Source of the DNA: Caldilineaceae bacterium
GTDB lineage: Bacteria; Chloroflexota; Anaerolineae; Caldilineales; Caldilineaceae
Length of the DNA stretch: 64,000 bases
Direction: 5' to 3'
Assembly (NCBI GenBank): GCA_041391205.1
Contig: JAWKOK010000006.1
Location: 50,533 to 114,532, forward strand
In this document: piece by piece, positions 62,599 to 64,000 of the stretch
Numbering within the stretch: position 1 is the first letter of the stretch
Layout of the letters: every line of letters starts with the position of its first letter
Translations under genes and position numbers: made by a program
Notes under the pieces: generated by a model
The model's input: the letters and a program-made list of their open reading frames with translations, nothing else
Told to the model about the DNA's origin: nothing
The model's database searches: none

Positions 62599-64000
62599 AT
62601 GGACCTGAAAGCAACGGGCGTAACACGGCGCCAATTTCTGCGCACCATCGCGGCAATCGGCGGGTCGACCGCGGTCTGGGCCACCCTGGACTCGTGGGCC
62701 CTGGCCAAGCCGCCCCGCCAGGAGTTGCCGCAATTGGACGGCCCGGTCGAGGGCGTCCGGCTCATCATCCTGGGCGCGGGCATGGCCGGAATGACCATGG
62801 CCTACGAGCTGGGCAAACTGGGCTACGACATCGAAATCCTCGAAGTGCGCGACCGGCCCGGCGGCCACAATTGGACCATCCGCCGGGGCGCGGTGCTGGA
62901 GGAGTTCGGCGGTGAGCGCCAGGTCTGCGACTTCGACGAGGGCCAGTATTTCAACCCGGGACCGTGGCGCATACCCCATCACCACGAGGCATACCTCCAC
63001 TACTGTCGCGAACTCAATGTGCCCGTGGAGCCATTCATCAACTACCAGGAAGCCAACTATGTCTACGTGGAAGGCGACTTCGGCCCGCTGTCCGGCCGGC
63101 GCATGCGCTACCGCGAGCTGGACGTGGACATGCGCGGCTACACCGCGGAGTTGTTGGCCAAATTCGCCGACAACGGTCAACTGGACGACGAACTGACCGG
63201 CGAGCATGTGGACCAACTCGTCGACTACCTGGTGCACGAAGGGCTGCTGGATGCGGACACGCTGCGCTACACCGGCTCCCACCGGCGCGGCTACGTGACG
63301 CCCCCCGGGGCAGGTATGCAGCCGGGTCAACCATCAGAGCCGTTCGCCCGGGAGGATCTCATCCCCTACGCCGCGGAAATCCGCCGGGCCCAGGGCCACT
63401 ACCTGGCCTCCGCGGCCGCGTACAGCCAGCAGATGACCATGATGCAGCCCGTGGGCGGCATGGATCGAACCGCGTGGGCCTTTGCCCAGGCCATCGGCGA
63501 AGAGAAGTTCAGCTATCAGACCGAGGTCAGAGAAATTCGTCAAGACGAGAACGGAGTCCGCATCGTCTGCCGCGATCTCAACACCGGCGAAACGCGTGAG
63601 GTGACGGGTGACTACTGCGTCAGCGCCATTCCGCTCACCATTCTGTCCACGCTGCCGGCCGACTTTACGCCCGAAATGAGCGAAGCCATCCGCAACATTC
63701 CCTACGTGCCCACCGGCAAGATCGGTCTCCAGTTCAGCCGGCGTTTTTGGGAAGAGGATGACCGCATTTTTGGCGGCGTCTCGCGCACGAACATCTCCAC
63801 CATCGGCGGCATTGCCTATCCCTCCTACGGCTTCCTCGGCGCCAAAGGTGTGCTCCAGGGCTACTACAACTTTGGCACCGACGCCATCCGCGTGAGCAAC
63901 ATGTCCGTGCAGGCGCGCATCGACCATGCGCTGGAACACGGCAGCAAAATTCACCCCCAATACCGGGAGACGTTTGAGAACGGCTTTTCCGTCGCCTGGC
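62599..64000 (+). CDS. Tat-exported flavin-containing amine oxidase (L-amino-acid / monoamine oxidase family); 3' end outside the window
   Basis: I translated this directly, because it is absent from the ORF track (there is no stop codon within the window). It has a twin-arginine signal TRRQFLRTIAAIGG, the FAD dinucleotide fold ILGAGMAGMTMAYEL...LEVRDRPGG, and amino_oxidase-like blocks downstream. The frame stays open for 467 codons. Confidence 0.8.
   Translation, partial: MDLKATGVTRRQFLRTIAAIGGSTAVWATLDSWALAKPPRQELPQLDGPVEGVRLIILGAGMAGMTMAYELGKLGYDIEILEVRDRPGGHNWTIRRGAVLEEFGGERQVCDFDEGQYFNPGPWRIPHHHEAYLHYCRELNVPVEPFINYQEANYVYVEGDFGPLSGRRMRYRELDVDMRGYTAELLAKFADNGQLDDELTGEHVDQLVDYLVHEGLLDADTLRYTGSHRRGYVTPPGAGMQPGQPSEPFAREDLIPYAAEIRRAQGHYLASAAAYSQQMTMMQPVGGMDRTAWAFAQAIGEEKFSYQTEVREIRQDENGVRIVCRDLNTGETREVTGDYCVSAIPLTILSTLPADFTPEMSEAIRNIPYVPTGKIGLQFSRRFWEEDDRIFGGVSRTNISTIGGIAYPSYGFLGAKGVLQGYYNFGTDAIRVSNMSVQARIDHALEHGSKIHPQYRETFENGFSVAW

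Noticed and set aside
1-64000. Search by eye for tRNA, rRNA, CRISPR arrays, integrase/att sites, toxin-antitoxin pairs, reverse transcriptases or known defence-system genes.
   Set aside because: None was recognised. Intergenic regions are short and lack cloverleaf-like or repeat-spacer structure. This is a manual scan only; tRNAscan-SE, Infernal, CRISPRCasFinder and DefenseFinder would be needed for a definitive negative.

Overview
High-GC (about 65-70 %) bacterial chromosomal segment with dense coding, about 55 genes. I found no rRNA, tRNA or CRISPR array. The gene content (caa3-type oxidase with fused subunits, F420-type LLM oxidoreductase, lipobox lipoproteins, HTH-AAA-TPR regulator) suggests a Chloroflexota-like or similar high-GC lineage, but taxonomy cannot be established from this window.

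Layout:
- 1-5.8 kb: housekeeping and transport genes (GH3 fragment, ZIP transporter, K+ channel, URO-D-like, YdjC, MlrC/M81 peptidase, OsmC).
- 6.0-6.9 kb: lower-GC IS remnant (ISKra4-like transposase N-terminal fragment).
- 6.9-29.1 kb: a polyketide-lipid cluster. Two sulfotransferases are transcribed divergently from a roughly 20 kb co-directional gene string. The string contains a citrate-synthase-like gene, a SAM methyltransferase, an AT-DH-PPTase fusion, a free ACP, a YdjC deacetylase, glycosyltransferases, a roughly 2530-aa PKS (two NMO/ER-like domains, then KS-AT-ACP-KR), a Stf0-like sulfotransferase and two further glycosyltransferases.
- 29.1-36.9 kb: a convergent operon encoding an NHLP/PCAT-type export triad. 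Its C39 peptidase domain has lost both catalytic residues, and no leader-peptide substrate gene is visible. A TauD-like dioxygenase and a 96-aa muconolactone-isomerase-like protein precede the triad, behind a near-consensus promoter.
- 37.4-41.1 kb: epimerase, FAD-linked oxidase, and a lipoprotein gene carrying a near-identical 465-bp tandem duplication.
- 41.4-49.2 kb: large regulator, then a flippase/GT4/GT2/GT2 glycan cluster.
- 49.4-53.8 kb: AI-2E transporter, DUF1206, PAP2, F420-LLM.
- 53.9-58.6 kb: caa3-type cytochrome oxidase operon.
- 58.9-64.0 kb: 4xPRC-barrel lipoprotein, SBP, CDF transporter, Tat-signal flavin amine oxidase.

Cross-cutting caveat: roughly half of the genes can only be read by switching reading frame one or more times. 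Several switches sit in homopolymer runs or occur as compensating pairs, which points to consensus indel errors rather than biology. Coordinates of frame-disrupted genes are therefore whole-gene spans reconstructed by eye.

All family assignments come from motif recognition without database searches.
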